NCBI RefSeq assembly: GCF_041146345.1
Contig: NW_027191417.1
Span: forward strand, 434,001 to 498,000
Source: Neodothiora populina
Taxonomy: Eukaryota
Reading direction: 5' to 3'
Length of the DNA: 64,000 nt
The translations under genes and the position numbers were made by a program. Position 1 is the stretch's first letter; each line of letters begins with the position of its first letter. Under the pieces are notes generated by a model. The model worked only from the letters and a program-made list of their open reading frames with translations, was not told the origin of the DNA and did not search any database. Of this stretch, positions 11,729 through 24,218 are shown piece after piece.

Positions 11729-14034
11729 TCAACCGGGCACCACGTATTTGTCAATTGCCTATTGTGTGTTGTCAGCGACCATGTGGACTTACCGCAAATC
11801 AAGTCTGCCTTACTGCTTTCATGACGTTCAATTGTCTGGTCGTCCGGATGTATACGTCGCGATACATGTCCAGACTCTCCTGTACGACTGCGCTTCTAGT
11901 AGTTTGGCCATCGCAAATGGCTTTCATTTTCAGTTCCATCTGTTCCACGAGAATTAGCGCAAGCTAAGTTTCATAATTGAACATTAGCCACTGACTTCCT
12001 TTCTGAGGAATGGTTTGCTCAGACTTGTGTCGAAGCCCATGTCTTCATAGCCTTTGACAAGAGCGACTCCAAGCGTTGTGGGAATGAATTCGTCCATGCT
12101 TGCTGCACCACTGCTTCGGCCTGTAGTTGCCTGCCCAACACCTCGGTTGCCTCGCCCTCTTACTCTGCCACGCCCACGGCCTCCACCGCGCGCCGCTTGC
12201 ACTTCTGGTGCTTCACCCTCTTCATCATCGCCACCGCCGTCATCCTCATCGAGGTGGGCTGCTCTCCCACGCGGCATCGCCACAACATAGCCACGAGCTT
12301 TTATCGTCCGGATATGCTCTGCCATAGTTGCATCGGTACCGATGCCATTGGCATCCATGAGTGAAATGAGATCTGGTTCAGTAAGGTATCCAGGAGGGCT
12401 TGTTTTCCCCTCGTTCATTCGTGCCTCTGTGGGAATAAATGTTTCACCAACCTCGAACTTGGGAAGGTTCTGCGTGCTTGTCCATTTGTGGTAGGGGTAG
12501 ATATCAAGATAATTTCTCTCCCGCACAGTCAAGCCCGCCGCACTAAACATTTCAGGTCCCCAGAGTATTGAGACTTCATCACGTGTGCCTTTGGCATCTT
12601 CACTACAACAAGCAAGGAAGTGGCGAACAATGAACTCATGTACGCGGCGCTCTTCATCGCTCGCGAGGCTTGAGGGCATGACAAAATTGACCGGATGGAT
12701 GGGCGGATGAGCTTTATCATTATTACGTCCACTTCGTGGTTGATTGAAGCCCCCATCAAGCAAGCTGTCAAAATGTGAGTGGACGATCGGGATAGACGGA
12801 TCAAGATGATAGACCTACTTCTGTGCATATTGTCCCCAGCGAGGTCCTTGGGTCTGCTTCTGAATCACAGCTCGGAGATCCATAGCGCGATCGAATTGAT
12901 CGGTCTCGGTTCGAGGGTAGCTGATCCATCCCTTGTTGTACAGCGCTTCGGCTATTGTCATGACGGTGTGACTGTCCATACGGAGATACCTACTCCCCAT
13001 CTTCTGCAGTTCAACCGTCGTCAAAGGCAGCGGTTTCCATTTGCTTGTTGGCTTGGTCTGTACCTTGATGACTTTGGCCCATCTGGCGACAATGCAGCGT
13101 TCGAAGAGGATCGTTGTTAGCATTCGGTCAAACAAATGGTTGCGGGACCAATTGAACTTGACTTCGATTTCATCTGTCTTGTGCGTGACCTTGATCGACC
13201 AGAAGGGCTCTGATCTGAAGTTCTTCACGGTGAAATAGCGGTCCACCACGAAGCCTAAGGTAGGAAATTGACATGTACCGTAGCTGATGAGCTTAAGGTT
13301 GTCTTCATCAATGCCACGAGCCGCTACCCACGATCTGAACTTCAAGCTCTGCATACGAGTGAAACTGGTACCGATGCGGAAATCGAGCTCGATTCTTGCC
13401 GCAACTGCTTGTGCCTGATTCTCATCGATTGCGATGGGATTTCTAGCAGCTTGGATAATATGCTGACGTTCTATGTTGGAGAACCTTGCACGCACAACTT
13501 TCCCGGCTTGAAGCAAGCGCGGGTTCGCAGATGCTGCAATTTGTCTGACTTCGGTGCCAATGTACTCACCTTCTCGATCACAGTCGGTCCAGATGAAGAG
13601 TGCCTTAGCATACCGACCTTGGGACTCGATGTTCTTGGCGATTGGCTTATTCTTGTCTTCGAGATACTTGACGATCTCGGCCTCGAAGAGGGCAGACGGA
13701 TCACAACCGCTCCACGACTTGTACTCGCTCGGGAAGTCTGTGCTAAAGATGTGGCCCAGGACCGATGTCATGACGACCTCGCATTGTCCCCAGGCGGGGA
13801 AATCGTAGGAGAAGCAGTAGTTTTTGACATATTGACTACCGGTAACATTGCGCTGGAAAGTGATTGGTGTAAGCAGACTTCTTGCAGCACGAGGACATAT
13901 GGTTGTGCACACGAATTAAAACAGATTGGAAGAGAATTGATGCATACAGCTTGAACCTGACCTCCGCCTAGATGGTTGGCCACTGCCTTAGCTATCGATG
14001 GCTTCTCCGCCACGCAGAGAATCTTCGTCACCAT
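11729..14034 (-). CDS. TOP3: DNA topoisomerase III (type IA), 4 introns
   Basis: TOPRIM motifs CVAEKPSIAK and WTDCDREGE, catalytic GWISYPRTET, plus AHPPIHP and GIGTDAT. Terminal exons MELKMKAIC... and AIDKYVVPG* end at 11729. Confidence 0.95.
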
Positions 14035-14573
14035 CTCCCTGCACATCTATCTGCAGTTTCACTTTTGACTCTTGCTTCATAGTGGCGCCGACATTTCCGG
14101 AGTCCCCGAAAGATAAGACGATAATCAGAGCAAATAGGTAGACATTCGCACCGATTCTTTCTCTAGGTAAGCGAGGCGCGTCAAGCCTGTGGAGGACGCG
14201 ACAGAGGACGTACTTTTGACCACATTGAGATTAGTTTCTTCGGACCAAAGTTTCCGATGGGCAAAAGCTAAGGTAAGGTACTGTACCTTTTGTATGATGC
14301 CGCGAGGGTGGCTACAGTAAGGAACAGCAAGGTCCAGATATTGTTTGCCTTCCTGTAAAGTGTGTACCTACATATCGAGCTTGGCAATAAAATGCACTCG
14401 TAGGTACCATTCCCCGTCGTACAAGAAATGATGACGTGCGAGAACATCTGAGAGGGTTTCACCAATATCGTAAACAAACTCGCAATTAACACCTTCTTTT
14501 CCCTCTTCACCCATTCACTGATACCGTCACATTATTCTACGTGAAGGTTTTCTGCAATCTGTTCAACCAAAAG

Positions 14574-15761
14574 ATGATTGTTCCTCCAGTCATCGGACAG
14601 GCTCTGCCCGTCGTGAAGAGCATGGTGGACTGTACCGACTGGTCTCTGACTGTCGCGCCCTTCATTGATCAGCTCACCACTCTCCCTCAGCGCATACTTG
14701 ACACTGGCTTCGCTGTAGATGCTCTCAAGGAAGTTTACATCTCGACAAATCCGCTCATCACTGCCTTTGCCTTTTCACTCGCCATCTCCCCCATCTTCCT
14801 TATCGTGGCAGAGATCAACCGCAACTATTCCCAAGTTGATCGCTGCTGGAGCATACTACCTTCCATCTACAATGCGCACTACGCACTCTGGGCACGCTAC
14901 AATGGCATTCCCACTCAGCGATTGGACAACATCTTGGCTTTCAGCGTTTGCTGGTCGGTAAGCTTAGTATTCCGTGTTGATGCAAGAGAGCTTCGCTGAT
15001 TGAGCTCTCGCAGATACGATTGACTTTCAACTACTGGCGCAGAGGCGGTTACAGTGTTGGTTCGGAAGACTATCGCTGGGAGATTGTCCAGAAATACGTC
15101 AATCGCTTCCAGATGTTCCTCTTCAATGTCGTCTTCATCTCAACTACCCAGAGTGTAAGTCTATTCTCCTCAATTCGCCGTACGCTCTTTGTTTTGCTGA
15201 CGAGACACATATCAGGTCCTACTATTCATGATTACAACTCCCGCATATATCCTCCTTCTTGCGTCAAGACTCACCGGCGAGCAAATGCAGACCGTCGATC
15301 TGGTCTTCGCTCGTGTCCTCATGGGTTTCGTCCTAGTCGAGTTCTTTGCCGACCAGCAACAGTGGGATTTTCACAAGGCCAAAGCACAATATCAGAAGAC
15401 TGCGAAGGTCCCTCACAAATGGACTCGCTCCGAAATGGATAGAGGATTCTGCTCATCTGCTCTGTGGGCTTATAGCAGACATCCCAACTTTCTTGCTGAG
15501 CAGAGCATCTGGCTTACTTTCTATCAGTGGGGCTGCTGGGAGACCGGTGTCCTTTACAATTGGACCGGTATTGGCGCCATGAGCTACCTGATCCTTTTCC
15601 AGGGCAGCACCTGGTTGACCGAGAAGATCAGCGCTGGCAAGTATCCCGAGTACAAAGAGTACCAGAAGCGTGTTGGCAAGTTTGTGCCCAAGCCGAATGG
15701 CGGAAGCTGGATTGATTACTGCGTTGCCCACGAGGAAGAACTGCAGCAGAAGAAAAAGTAG
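14574..15761 (+). CDS. DUF1295 / steroid 5-alpha-reductase-like membrane protein, 2 introns
   Basis: Motifs NYSQVDRCWS, EDYRW, ADQQQW and LWAYSRHPNFLAE; introns 14958-15013 and 15155-15215 keep the frame. Confidence 0.88.
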
Positions 15762-15866
15762 AGAGATACCGAGCTTATGGACCCTATTAGTAGACAGTAT
15801 TCGAAATAGATCTTTATAGCATATCACTTGTGACGGACCGAGGTATAGCCTGCTATTGCCAATGTC

Positions 15867-17495
15867 TCATCTCCCTCTCAAAGCGTCTTTGTGGCAATTC
15901 CAGAAGTTCCAACAAGAAAGATGCATGTTCGTGCCTCCTTCTATCCACCACTCCCCAAAGCTATCCTCAACCTCGACGTCGACCTTGGCCACCCTTTCTT
16001 CTCTCTTGAGTCCGCAAAACGCGCAAGCAGCCGTGCTCACGACTCCTCCTTCACTCGTCTTTGCAACCCTGATGGGCATCACGGCAGCTATCTCAGGAAC
16101 ACTAGGTAAAGCCTTCTTATGGCCACCACTACTGCCACTAGAAGAAACCCCAGCAACAGCAGTAACGACCGACCTCAACCTGCCCACCTGCTCCCTCCAC
16201 ACCCTGAGCACATCCTCGACCTCGGCCTCCTCCCTCCGCGCCTCGTTAGCGTCCACACCCGCCAATTTCATGCCTCCAGACCTGCCCGACACTGACGGAC
16301 CTATGCGCATCGACTGCGCGAGGAACTTGTCTCGCTTCCATCTGTTCTTGCGGCCCGCTATCACATGCGCCAGGACCTGCGCGGCGCAGAGATAGTTTCT
16401 GAAGAATGTCTGCAAGGAGGGCGATAATAGCACGATGGGCTTTTGAGGTGGGGAAAGAGTGGATAGTGGATGTAGCAGGTGGGTTGAGGTTTGTTTCAGT
16501 AGAGGCGGAAAAATGGTCAGGAGAAGTGAAGGTGGTGGGATATTCGCAGGGGCTGGTGGGGAAGGGTTAGGCGCTGGAGAGAGGAGATTGCCTATTAGAT
16601 CAGTGGGCACTTGGAGTAGGTTTCCGATTGCGGAGGCTTGGATTGATGTGGGCTCGGTCTTGGGAGACTGTGAGGTTGGGTTTTTTGGTACGGACTCGAA
16701 GTCGTCCCATTCTGCGAAGTCGTTGTCGTCGTCCTCGACAAGGACCTTGTTCACAGGGGCTGGTTTGGGAGGAGGTTTGGCCTGCGTGATCTTACGAGTT
16801 ATGAGTTTCTTTGGCGGTGGCTTTGCTTGCGCCTTGGTACCATTCGTGGTTGGACTCTGTATTTGCTCTGGGCCGTCGTCAAATCCGAGCAGGTCGAAAC
16901 TTGCAAATTGAGATAAGGGAGCTGCAACAGGACTTGGCTTCGACCGAGAAGCTGTCTTTGTAGGTGGAAGAGTGCCCTCGAAGTCGCCAAAATCATCGTC
17001 CTCGTTTTCCACGGGTACCGATTTCGGTTCTGGGATCACCTCGAACATGCCCTCCTCGTCAGAGTACTCGGCATCGAACAAAATATCGGCATTGTTAGCA
17101 AAAGGATGGTCTGATGATATCTGCTTTGCTGATTCTGCTTTCTTGGAGATGGTCGGTTTACTCGCAGGAGCAGCACGAGGAGCAGCTTTGGGAGGTGCCG
17201 GTTTCGATTTTGTTGTAATTGTGTTCGACGGTGGCGGCTGATCGAGAATGTCACGACCTAGTTCGTCATTTGCCACCTCGAAATCACCAAAGTCGTCTTC
17301 GTCGTCCTCTGCCCATGCATCCTCACTCTGGCCATTGATTGTTGATGGCGTTGCGTCTTGTAGCGGGGGCGTCTTCTTTGATTGAGTATGTGTCGAGCCC
17401 AAGGTAGGACTCGCGGCATAAGCAGTCGTCGTATTACTTTGGTTGCTATCGCTGATCGTAAATGAGCCGAACTCTGCGAGTAGATCTTGTGACAT
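15867..17495 (-). CDS. Uncharacterised protein with repeated DDFGDF motifs and a C-terminal CxxC...HxxC module
   Basis: 542-aa intronless ORF; acidic low-complexity N-terminal half, then a folded-looking C-terminus with CAFC...HLSC. Confidence 0.8.
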   Translation of the reverse strand: MSQDLLAEFGSFTISDSNQSNTTTAYAASPTLGSTHTQSKKTPPLQDATPSTINGQSEDAWAEDDEDDFGDFEVANDELGRDILDQPPPSNTITTKSKPAPPKAAPRAAPASKPTISKKAESAKQISSDHPFANNADILFDAEYSDEEGMFEVIPEPKSVPVENEDDDFGDFEGTLPPTKTASRSKPSPVAAPLSQFASFDLLGFDDGPEQIQSPTTNGTKAQAKPPPKKLITRKITQAKPPPKPAPVNKVLVEDDDNDFAEWDDFESVPKNPTSQSPKTEPTSIQASAIGNLLQVPTDLIGNLLSPAPNPSPPAPANIPPPSLLLTIFPPLLKQTSTHLLHPLSTLSPPQKPIVLLSPSLQTFFRNYLCAAQVLAHVIAGRKNRWKRDKFLAQSMRIGPSVSGRSGGMKLAGVDANEARREEAEVEDVLRVWREQVGRLRSVVTAVAGVSSSGSSGGHKKALPSVPEIAAVMPIRVAKTSEGGVVSTAACAFCGLKREERVAKVDVEVEDSFGEWWIEGGTNMHLSCWNFWNCHKDALRGR

Positions 17496-17834
17496 TTGTC
17501 GATCTCTATATCGTACTGTATGTATCGATAGATACGGGTAGAAACGGATAGCCGAGTGAATCTGCTTTTTGGAAAATGGTCACAACTTGCAAGACTACGT
17601 TTATACTTTAGACTTCATGTTCGTTTCTACAAGTAATGCCGAAATTCTCGCATGTAGTATGTATTGGTTTAGTAGTAATATCGCAAGATGTCTAAATATT
17701 ATAAATTGGGGACAATTGGAGTAAGGCATGTATATAAACTTAGGTATGTTTGATGTGTTTGCAGCCGTGACGTATGGGCATCAAGCGCGCAACAACACCG
17801 ACCTTCCCAAGGTGTATAACATTGCAATAGTGAA

Positions 17835-20375
17835 ATGAGAGAATTCAAGGAAGCACGTGCTGGTTGGTCGCGGTTCTTGACGTATCCTGCGCTCTCGGAT
17901 CTCAAGATCGCAATCAGGAACGATGGTGAGAAGCCGAGTCCATTGGTAGCCTCACGATCATTGTGCTGGAAAGTATGTACGCGTAGTGACTTTCTTTATA
18001 TCTATAATGCTTACCGTCTTCAGGCATTTCTTTTGTTCGAGGACAGCTCACGCGAAGAATGGCTTCGGCGGCTGTCAGACTCGCGATCGGCATATGCGTC
18101 CGTTCGCACACATCTGCTCAAAGCGCTGGAACACCCCGAGGAGGTTGGTTCTGGGTTTGATCCTCTGAGCGATGGCACGGAGGTATGTTCTATAGCTTGG
18201 AGATAAGCTCTATGCTTATAATCTGACATTCCACTAAGTCTTGAAAGTCTCCTTGGGCGGTTCTACGGCAGGACGAAACATTGCGAGCGGAGATTCTTCA
18301 GGATGTCGACCGCTGCATGCCAGAAAATATGTACTTCCGTCAACCTGAGGCCCAGAGGAAGCTGCTCGATGTCTTGTTCGTCTTCTGCAAATTGAACCCG
18401 GATGTCAGCTACAGGCAAGGTATGCATGAGCTTCTAGCCCCAATCCTGTGGGTTGTCGAGAGCGATGCGATATCCGACAAGCCAACTGGAATGCTTTCAT
18501 CAGACGATCAGATGCTATGTCAGATGTGCGACTCACAGTTCATCGAGCATGACTCCTTTACGCTTTTTGGAATCATCATGCAAGGTGCGAAGTCGTTCTA
18601 TGAGCAAGCAGCTCACAGCGCCACCTCTCTTGTCTCGACTACCCCAGCTAAGCCAACTGCAACATTGGAGAACCCGATAATCACCAGGATACATCGGATC
18701 TTCGATGAGTACCTACCTCATATAGATCCTAGGCTTTCTCAGCATTTGCGGGACATCGATTTGATCCCACAAGTCTTTCTCATGTACGTACCAGGTGAAC
18801 ATCTGGCTAGTACCCTGATGGCTGACATTCGTACAGGAAATGGATCAGATTACTCTTTGGCCGTGAATTCCCCTTCGATGACGTCCTGTCTATGTGGGAT
18901 GTGATATTTGCAGAAGACCCAACTTTGGAGATTGTTGATCTTATCTGTCTTGTCATGATCGTGCGATTACATTGGGAGCGTGAGCAACATCCTGATGTCC
19001 CTTTTAATCTTATCTTGGCTAATTTAGAATAGTCCTCGAGTCTGACTATAACACCGCCTTGACTGTCTTGCTTCGCTACCCTGCTCCACAGGCGCCAACT
19101 GCTCCGCAAGCGTTTGTACTGGATGCAATCTACCTTCGAGATCACTTGCATCAAGCTGGCGCAAGTCATATCATAGAGAAGTACTCAGACAGACCATTGG
19201 CCGACGTGAATGCGAACAATGAGACTACACTTCCAGTGTCTACATCATCAGTACAGAGCATGCTTGGATCACGTCTGTCAGCAGTCGGCTTGGCGCCTAA
19301 GAGCCCTGGTCGGCAAGCGGGCAACATCGATCGTGTCTTCCAAGATGCAGCGAAAGGCCTCTTCAAGCGTGGAGAACAATGGGGAATCAACAAAGCTGTC
19401 AGAGATGCGCTTGTCGAGGTGCAGAAGGGCGTACGTGAGATACAGAATGTGCCCACGCCGCAACGACCACGGACACACATGCGAACGTCATCACGACAAA
19501 GCGGATCTGGCGAGAGAGCCGTGGCGAAACTCGCAGCTTTGGAGGCACGAAACGTGGCTCTGGCTAAGATGCTTAAAAACGCCACGGATGACCTTTGGAA
19601 ATATCACGAAGAGGCTGTTGCCGGCAAGGGTTCGGAGAAGGAGAGACTTGATGCTCTAAGTATTGCTATAGCACGGGTCCAATTCACACAAGTTTATCTG
19701 GAAGACTCCACGGTACCGCTACCCGCGGACGAAGAGCAATCGGAGGAACAACCAAAAGAAGAGCTTGACGGAGCATCTGCGCCTGGAGATGTCAACGGCA
19801 GAACGAAAGAGAGCAGCGTTCCACCACCGGTTGGTACACGTGCGCCTGATGCATGTTCGGCTCCACCACCACCGCCAAGTAAATCAAGACCGAGAACGAA
19901 AAAGTCGTCCGTCTCAAGTGTCACCAACGGTGGCCTCGACGCGCCTGTAGACTTCCAAACGCCTCGACCGTCACTGACCCAATCGTCATTTTCCTGGATG
20001 CTGGGTCAAGACTCCTCGGCAAGCTCCTTTGTACAAGCTCAACCTCTCCCTCCCTCTGATGCACGTCGTCGGAGCAGAGGGTTCTTGTTCGGCGATGACG
20101 AGCATTCTTCATCTGTCATAGACCAACACGACACAAGCAAAAGCAAGATTACCAATAAACTACGCAAAAAGCGCCCCGAGAGTACTAGTAAGGTACAGCC
20201 GGAGATCTTGTTCGAGCAGGAAAGTGAAGTGTGGGATCTAGGACAGCTCGAAGAGGAGGATAAGAAGAAAAAAGAGCAGGATGCGGAAAAGCAGCGGAAA
20301 GCTGCAGGAAAGACCGACGAAGCGAGTGGCACCATTTTCGATGCCAAAAGCGCTACCAAAAGCGGAGGGACATAA
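17835..20375 (+). CDS. TBC-domain Rab GTPase-activating protein (TBC1D5-like), 4 introns
   Basis: Catalytic IxxDxxR (ILQDVDR) and YxQ (YRQGMHEL), plus WIRLLFGREF. Introns 17973-18023, 18183-18247, 18784-18836 and 18980-19032. Confidence 0.88.
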
Positions 20376-20626
20376 AGTGTTGCTCTTTACGATGGGTCAT
20401 TCGAGTACGCAGCAAGGATGGCAGGTGACGAGAGTCTAGTATGACTTTTATGATAGTCAAGCTGCCTGGATCCAATCGACCGAAGCAGCCTGGTAGCTGG
20501 CTTCGTCTGTTATGCGCGAGTACATTTGTTTGACGGGTGACTATTCTTGTGCCTTTCTTACCATGATCATCGACGTTTGCACTTCGGCGCTGCCTCAATG
20601 GGTATTGCTTGATCTAAAGCCTCAGC

Positions 20627-21598
20627 TTACGACTTAGACACGAAGAATTTGTGCTTGTGAAGGTCTGCCACCGAGACCTTTCGAGCTGTTTGACCCGCAG
20701 CTTTGAAGTCATTGTTGTGCCCACCGGTCACACAGTATACTTCGTTGATGCCTGTGTTCTCCATGAACTTCAGCACCTTCTCGAAATTGAGACCCACCTG
20801 TTCGGTGCCATGACTGTCATCGGAGAAGGTGAAGCGACCACCAAGTTTCAAAAACTCCTATTTGATGTCAGCATTATTAGCCAAGAGCAACAATGGTCAT
20901 GGCTCGAAAGGACTGACTTTGCATATTTCGGCCTTAGGATAAGGCTCGGTCATGCCTTTACGGATAGCACTCGAATTGAGCTCCAAGATACCTCCGTAGC
21001 TAGCAACAAATTTCAAGTTCCTCAGAATCTTCTCCCAGACAGTGGGCATACTTGTCCAATTTCGTTCAGGGTCATCGCTCTTGAGTCTGATGAGGTCGAA
21101 ATGTCCAACGATCGGAGGTTCTAGGGCTTGCAACAATTCGTACTGAGAGTCAAAGTAGTCCGCAGCGAGTTTCTCATCTGAACCTCCGGCAATATCTCTG
21201 GCTTTATAGTACATTTCATGATCGAAGTCGATAGGAATGGTGTGAACATGATGGAGACTGCCCATGAAGAAATCGAATTTGTAATTTGCAATCAGGCCCT
21301 GCACAATAGCAAGGGACGACTCGCGGATCCATTCGCTCTCGAATCCGATGAGAATGGTGATTTGTGAGGCGTACTTCTCCCTCAACCGCAAGGCTTCCGG
21401 GTAGAAGGCGTCAAAGATCCGAACCAGTTCTTCCGCAGCGACCTCCTCGGGATAGAGGTCCTCCGTATCACGAGGGATATGCTCGGTCAGTGCAAAAGTG
21501 TCCATGTTGGCCGCTATGGCCGCCTGGATCATTTCCTCAAGCGTGTTCTTAGCATGGGCACAGAACTGGCCGGAGTGGCTGTGATGAGAGAAAGGCAT
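20627..21598 (-). CDS. HIS2: Histidinol-phosphatase (PHP family), 1 intron
   Basis: MPFSHHSHSGQFCAH, LTEH, GSLHHV, GHFDLIR, ELNSSAIRK; final exon has FTFSDDSHG. Confidence 0.93.
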
Positions 21599-22076
21599 GC
21601 CGAGACGAGGGACGATGATCCCCCCTTTACTGTGTTCCTTGTCACTAGTCTGACTGCAAAGCCGTAAGAGTCGTCAGGATGGCACAAGCGCAATAGAATA
21701 GACAATTATGCCGTGTGGTGGTCTTCAAGCCTGATATTGGATATTAATGCCAAGAGAAAGTCTGGTTCGGGGGAGAGTAGAGGTCCAGAGTCAGACCAGG
21801 GTCTACAAGTATAGACTAACGGATAATAACGAATCAGGGGGGAAGCTTGACAGCTACCGTACTGGTAGCAGTAGCAGCAGCAGGCAGGAGCAGGGTCGAG
21901 GAGGAAGGAGCTCGGGGCAATCTCACATGCTCGCAATCTGCCCAGCCCATCTTTCGTTGTTGACATTTCCCAGCTCAACCCAGCAACCACGGTGGAAGTC
22001 AAAGACCTGAACCTGGACCTCCCTGAATCGCCGGGCATAGCCACATCTCTGACGCACTATATTTCCTGTCGCAATC

Positions 22077-23521
22077 ATGGACAAATTTTCGGCTTTCGGA
22101 AAGAACCTGAGGTGGGACATGGCATACTCCTGATTAATGCATGCGCCGTCGCGCGCAATGCCTTTTGTGTCAGGGTCACTAACCCTGTACCAGTGCATCC
22201 TTTGCTGGTGTGCCCAGCTTTGCGCAGAGGACTCAACAGTACCTGAAGGAGCAGGTCGGTACTGCAGAGGACAAGGTATGGAGTTGCGACTATCGCACGG
22301 AGCTATTGGAGCCTGAATGGTATTTTCTGACAATCGCTCTTGCTGCCAGACCGAGCTGCCACCCGACTACATTGAGCTCGAGAAGCGCGTGGACGCGCTC
22401 AAGCAGGTTCACACCAAGCTTCTCTCCGTAACGTGAGTGCGCCAATTCCTGTTTCTAAACACGCATGAAGGTAAAGAAGCGTGTTGGGAATATAACGTGA
22501 GCTGAACTTGTTGCCTAAGCTCCCAATACACCAACGAAGCCTACGACTACCCTCCAAACCTCCGTGAATCCTTCAACGACTTGGGCCGCACTGTTTCCGA
22601 GAAGGTCACTCTCCTCTCCCGTGCTGCCAACCCAGCAGACGTCCAGGCCGCCCTCACTGCACCTCCACAGGCAAAGCCCCAGCCCAAGACTTTCAACCAC
22701 GCCATTGCACGTGCTTCCCTTGCCGGCTCTCAACTTTTGCAACAGTCCGATGTGCGCGGCACTGGCGCAGACGACCCTCTGGCGCAGGCCCTCGAGAAGT
22801 ATGCAGTAGCAGAGGAGAAGGTCGGAGAGGCACGCCTCGAGCAGGACGAGCGCATTCAGCAACGATTCCTCTCTGGCTGGAGCACGACCCTCAACACAAA
22901 CCTGCAATTTGCCCAGCGCGCCCGCAAGAACGTCGAGAATGCCCGGCTCAACCTCGATGCCACCAAGGCCTCGATGCACGGAGGACCTTTCGGCATGAAG
23001 ACGACTCACCACGGCGAAGAACGTGATCTGACCGATGCGCAGAGGAACGAGATTGAAAGGGCAGAGGACGAGTTCGTCAACCAGACCGAGGAGGCCGTTT
23101 CAGTCATGAAAAATGTGCTGGACACTCCTGAGCCATTGAAGAACTTGGCCGAGTTGATTGCAGCGCAGCTCGAGTATCACAAGAGGGCTTACGAGATCCT
23201 TTCCGAGTTGGCACCAGAGGTTGATCAGTTGCAGGTGGATCAAGAGGTCAGTCGATCCCAGAACTTTTGAGAAAGCAATGTTTGAGACATATGATTATCC
23301 ACCTGAAAGGAGATTATGGAGGGGCAGGAGAGTGAGGGCCGTCGGCCTCTGATTCTTTCCTCTACCATCCTTGCCATCTCTATCCCATCGTCATTATTAC
23401 CGCCATCAAAGCACAGAGGCACTTTACTCTGCAGATCATTGCGAAACACCGATGATATGGAAGACCTTATGTTGACTTGTGATTGTAGGCAAGCTACCGC
23501 CAGAGCCGTGACAGTGCTTGA
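22077..23521 (+). CDS. GVP36: BAR-domain protein, Gvp36-like, 4 introns
   Basis: Spliced product contains TELPPDYIELEKRVDALK, NEAYDYPPNLRESF, PKTFNHAIARAS and AEDEFVNQTEEAV. Last exon ASYRQSRDSA* follows intron 23247-23488. Confidence 0.85.
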
Positions 23522-24218
23522 TCGTCCGGCCGGACATGACGCCTCCTGCTGGTTTGCACGAGTCATGCACTGGGGATTCTCTTTCCACCAATCGGAAATA
23601 GGCTTGGTGGAATGTGACCTCTGTGCTTTCGACTTCCTTCCCCACTATCATGACAACCAGAACCCACCACCTTCACGTCCTCGTGCGTGCGCTTTGACAC
23701 CAGTCTTCCGCAACTAACGTCTCAGTCTTTACCATTCCTTTCTGCTCGCACTTGATCCCGGCGCTTGGGAATACCCAGCATGCACATTAAGCTATAGACT
23801 CTTCCTGGTGAAACTGGACGGGAGCGAGATATCTGGGATGGCAGAAATGGTAAAGATGACCGGCAACCTGGCGGAGTGAGCGGAACCTTGCGAGCAGCTC
23901 TCTCATCCCTTTCTTTTGCGCAGGTTTTGTTCGTTCGAACAGCTGTTAGTGGAAACATGCGATCACCTGTTCCTGCCCTTCTTGCTCCTTGGTGTTCCTA
24001 CATTAATCACTGTAGCAGCTATATGGTTTCTTGGTATTATGACATCTTTATATGCTCCCAAGGAATTTGACACAGCATGCAATCAAATTATGTTTTCTTG
24101 GATCTGCACTACTGTATATTGCATGCAGCAGTGGCTTTTCCCGTAGAAGTACTATCGTGTTCGTACAGTACTGTGCATTGGACCGTCTATACGACAGGTA
24201 CTATTTTATCGTTCCTTG

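Noticed and set aside
14035..14046. Upstream in-frame ATG of TOP3 as a mitochondrial isoform start
   Set aside because: It adds only 4 aa (MCRE), too short for a presequence.
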